DNA of 64,000 nt from Podarcis filfolensis. Taxonomy: Eukaryota. Of the stretch, positions 59,918-64,000 are shown piece after piece; the first letter of the stretch is position 1; the number at the start of each line of letters is the position of its first letter. The position numbers and the translations under genes were made by a program. The notes beneath the pieces are model-generated. The model was not told the origin of the DNA. It saw nothing but the letters and a program-made list of their open reading frames with translations, and did not search any database. The DNA lies in the NCBI GenBank assembly GCA_964270895.1, contig OZ185446.1; one strand, 5' to 3'.

Positions 59918-60781
59918 ATGACCGCTCCCCGCTTAAAACTGGGGGCGCCCTTTGCGTGGACGCGTGCAGCCCCTAGATCTGGAGCGGCTCCAACAACATA
60001 GGCTTGGCTTTGCCTTCCCTCAGGTGGGATGCCTGGAGGTCTCCGCCTACCTCAGTCAGTCGTCCAATCCCACCTGGGGGAAGCGTTGCCAAGGAGACCA
60101 GGCCAGGTAGGGGAGGGATTACCTGCCCACACAATAGAGGGAGGATCTTACCTGGGAATCCTCACTTGGCTCCAGAGCTTCTCCCACCCTACCCACCCTC
60201 AGTTAATGTCTTATTTTACAGGTTAATTTTTCTTCACAGGTTTTGCAGGTTAACTTTTCTCCACAGGTATGCGGGCGCTGCTACGTTAAGGTCGCTGTTA
60301 AAGGGCCGGAAAGGAATTTCCCTGCATTGGCAGGTTTCGCCTTTCCTGTAGCAAAACGTCACAACTTTGGCGGTATCAGGCCTTGGGCGGAATCCTTTTG
60401 TCCATCTTCCTCTTTGCGGCGGCGATACCAGGGTTCCCTGTTAAAGGGGTTTTCTGAAGGGAGGCTTTGACCGTACGCCGAAAGGTCGTCATTGCTCTCC
60501 CCTGCGGCGGCGGCGTTACGGGGGCGGCTATCTCTGCTTGAACATATGTTCTCCAGAGCCGGCCCATCCCCCCCCCACACACTGGGTAACCCTGATGCTC
60601 CCTAGGTCCCCGGCTGGGGACTGGGGAGGGAGAACGCCCAATGCCTGAGCCAAGGTCTACCCACATTTGAAATTTAATAAAGTTGTGGCCAATTTAATCC
60701 CATAGCACGTTGTCTTGAGTCGTTATTCCACATGACGGGGGGACCGCGCGGGATCTGGGGACTCCGCCTGTCCACGCAAAG
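59918..60781 (+). mobile_element. Unclassified CpG-rich ~0.85-kb element with terminal inverted repeats (possibly a non-autonomous DIRS/tyrosine-recombinase derivative)
   Basis: Perfect 12-bp inverted repeat CTTTGCGTGGAC (59950-59961) / GTCCACGCAAAG (60770-60781) extending imperfectly to ~30 bp; AATAAA at 60676-60681; no TSD or ORF found. Confidence 0.5.
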
Positions 60782-61234
60782 TCCTTGGCTCAAAGAACTT
60801 GCAACCTGAACTTTGACAAACGAAGGGTAAAAAGAGATGAGTGTGAACAAACAAGAGTTACAGCACGGTCCTGTGCATGTCTACATGTAAGTAAATCCCC
60901 TTGTGTTCAATAGAACTTACTCTCAGGTAAGTGTGGATTGTTAAACTAGGCTTCACCTAACAGGGGATTGCGGCCATGGATCTCTCCCCCCCTCCCCCCG
61001 GTCCTGATCTCGTTTGCTCCAGCTAATTATTATTATTAAATCTTTCATACTAGGACTATGCATGTGACAAACATCGTATCTAATTTGGCCCAAAGGTTGA
61101 TTATTTTTTAAAAACTTTTTAGCTCATTTATCAATTAACAAAACATTAGTTTATGCTTGGCTGTGAAACTTTTGCAAAAGGAGAAATTAAATGATTGCAA
61201 ATGCATCCTGAAGTAGCTAAACCTTCCCTTGTTT

Positions 61235-61235
61235 A

Positions 61236-61286
<51 letters not shown>

Positions 61287-61320
61287 GGAGAGAGAGAGAT
61301 TGAGAGAGACACACAGAGAG
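61235..61320. repeat. Compound (AC)n(AG)n microsatellite
   Basis: Direct inspection. Confidence 0.9.
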
Positions 61321-62956
61321 AAACCCACCCCAGGAATACTGGTATCAGCATCAGCAAGAAGTACATGGGAGAAGCTATGTCTTTAATTTGCCATATTGCC
61401 CGGGCGCCCTAGCCCTATAGTGCAACGAAACCAAACCAACACAAATCAGAACATTTGTGGTATGAAAAGTGATGGGATTTCAGCAGGAACCTATGGGCTA
61501 TGTACAGATCATTAATGATGCCATGTGACTCCCCCAAAATGTTATGAGGGTGCAAATGAATGTGTGAGTGTGTATGACACCCCCAATAGTGTCAAGAGCA
61601 AAAATAATCCTGAATGCATATTAAAAGACCCATCTGGAGGTGCCTTCAGTTAATCAATTAGATTAACTGAAGGTTTTGCCTGAACCTTCTTGAATGAATG
61701 TGCTCCTTGTTAGCTGAGCAGCAGACTTTTATTTATTTTTTTTATATAGTTTTGAATTATTTTTAGTGTGCACTCTTACAAAAAAGGTGGCTGGTGCCAT
61801 CTTAGAAGAGTGATTCACCCCCTTCCTGCCTCCCTCTCTCACCTGCACACCCCACTTCTAAAATGGAATGTGCTATAGCAGGACTTAATCTCCAAACAAA
61901 GAAAGAATGCCTTTTCCTCTAGAATTCTTGTTCTTGTATGCAAATGGATAGCTTCAATGAAGTGCCTTAAAGTTCAAATGGTGAACTGATCAATGCTTTC
62001 TTTAATCAGGGGGCAGCCCTGGTGAGGACACACACACTTTGCTGTTCCTCCAAAAAGCCTCCTCTGGCAGCTTATAGTTCTGCTTGAGCTGCAGAGTTGC
62101 ACCAGTTGCCTTCAAGCCACTCAGGGTGGCCAGTTCTCTCCCTCTTGGGCAAAGAGCCGGTGCATTTTAACAGTTACATGGGGAAAAGGAACAACTTGCC
62201 AGCACTCTGATACAGTGAAGTGAAAAGTTTCACTAGCCAAATTCCTGCTTGCCACGCTCCTATGAACAGATTTCACTACTGGGTCTTGTAATTATTCTCT
62301 AACACACATTGTTCTTCTGGCAGGGGTTCAAAAATACCCATTCAGTTAGGAACTATATAACAACAACTCCGTGGCGTGTTTTGATCTGATCATAAGCACA
62401 TCCACCTGTCTAACTGGTATTACGTTTAAATGTTTCATTGTCTTTTAATGAATGATTCCCCCTTCCATGTTCTTAGCTGTTCTTTAGTTGTTCAGTCCCT
62501 GTTTGGGAAGAAGGCAGGGTATGTCTGTCTATCTGAAGAAATAAATGAATAAATATGATTTTACAGGAAATGCTCTGGGCTTCAGGTTCAATGTAAGATG
62601 GGCAAGTGGGGCTTGAGAGAGTCTTTTTCAGCCAAGCCAATATGAGCAAAGAGTAGTTCAGTCTCCCCCAAGTGGTCTACTCGTGTGAGCAATGCACCAT
62701 CTGAGGAGATGGGGAAGACAGAAGCAGCAGCAGCCATAATCACAGAGAATCCTTCCGTTGTGCAGCTATTTGCCAGCCCAGCTAACTTCAAGAACTGACA
62801 AGTCAGTTCCATCCAAAATAGACAGCGCTGGGCTATGGATCTAACTTAGCGTAAGGCACTTAAATTGTTTTTGTTTCTTACTATGTTGTGTATTCTTGTG
62901 TTTTAATATTGTGAACCACCCTGTGATCATTGGATGAAGGGCAGTATAGAAAATTA

Positions 62957-63125
62957 CCGTATTTTTTGCACCATAACACTCACTTTTTTCCTCCTAGAAA
63001 GTAAGGGGAAATGTCTGTGCGTGTTATGGAGGGAATGCCTACGGGTGGCATGCCTACGGATTTTCCTCCTCTAAAAACTACGTGCGTGTTATGGTCGGGT
63101 GCGTGTTATATAGCGAAAAATACGG
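62957..63125. mobile_element. Tc2-like MITE
   Basis: TA-CCGTATTTTTTGCACCATAAC...GTTATATAGCGAAAAATACGG-TA. Confidence 0.75.
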
Positions 63126-64000
63126 TAATAAATAATAATACAATCCAAGCATCCTCATCCGAAAACTCTTCTGCAAGGAAGTGATTTTGTATTCTTTTAT
63201 ACAGATGTATAAAAGTGAATACGACAAGGGGGGGCGGGAATCCAGTGCTTTCAGCCACTTGTTACTTTTTAAACTTGGCGAGGGGGATTGGGTGGGGAGT
63301 GAGTGAGCAACAAAGATGAGTCCTAGACACTGGGAGCTCCCTGACCCCACTCCATGATTATTTATTTAAGGTTTTCCTTCAACTTAATAATGCCCTCATT
63401 CTTCTGTAGAATATTTCTGCTGACAGGATTTCAGCTCCCCCTGTTGCGATGCATTGTATTTTGGTAGCAGTCTGAGACTCTCACGTTTCATCAGTTAGAC
63501 GGGAAAACAGCAATACCCCCAGTTCAACAAAGCCTCTGTTCTGCAAAACATACTACGAAACTATATTCTTCTTCCTATATATTATTTCCAGCTGCAGTTG
63601 CTGCTCGGCTGCGGCGCAGATACCTTGTGACATATGTTAGTTAGGAAAAGTTTGGAGCCCAGCTGATTTTCTGCGCTAAGGATGGATGGGGGTTATAGTG
63701 TTTTTTTAAATTATTTACATGGCCGTGGTGTCTGTGACTTTAAATTATTGATGCAAGTGATAGCAACTGTCAATGAGACAAAGCCAGTGCTGGAAGGAGC
63801 GACAGCGGCATGCTGTATCTACCCGGCGCTGGTTCAGATCGGTGCTTCTCATCTTTTCCTAGGCAAGCAGAATGACTGTGGTTCCTGTCTCTCAGTACAA
63901 ACAAAAGAGAGGGAGGGAAGAGGAAGGAATTGTTAGTGGAAGAATTTTCCAGCACAGGCTTTACTACAAAGACGCTTTCTAATTGCCAGGGATGGAGAAC

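Noticed and set aside
57000-64000. Exons of neighbouring genes expected from mammalian synteny (POU6F2, CDK13)
   Set aside because: No POU, homeodomain or kinase-like peptides found in any frame by eye.

Overview
Vertebrate genomic DNA, almost certainly a squamate reptile and probably a lacertid lizard (inferred from Sauria SINEs, squamate-type L2 tails and a lizard-type L1). I reconstructed three protein-coding genes by hand from splice sites and reading-frame phase. (1) RALA, minus strand: 4 coding exons (206 aa) plus a non-coding exon 1 in a CpG island at ~21.6-23.2 kb. (2) YAE1, plus strand: 3 coding exons (225 aa), apparently transcribed head-to-head with RALA from the same CpG island. 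(3) A complete, phase-consistent 17-exon MED1-like gene, minus strand, 33036-57948 (~527 aa), largely invisible in the ORF track. It has the MED1 exon architecture but is strongly diverged, and it stops 45 codons into the last exon. It therefore lacks the LxxLL nuclear-receptor boxes and the ~1000-aa disordered tail of canonical MED1. This is the main find: a probable whole-genome-duplication paralogue encoding a scaffold-only Mediator subunit. Mobile DNA includes a full-length L1 with two intact ORFs and a TSD in intron 1 of the MED1-like gene, a full-length but inactivated IR/DR Tc1 transposon in RALA intron 3, L2/CR1 fragments, Sauria and other SINEs, solo LTRs, many MITEs, a 3'-truncated U6 retrocopy with TSD, and an unclassified inverted-repeat-bounded element with a tandem splice-acceptor array. 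All coordinates were counted manually; TE boundaries are approximate unless a TSD is given.
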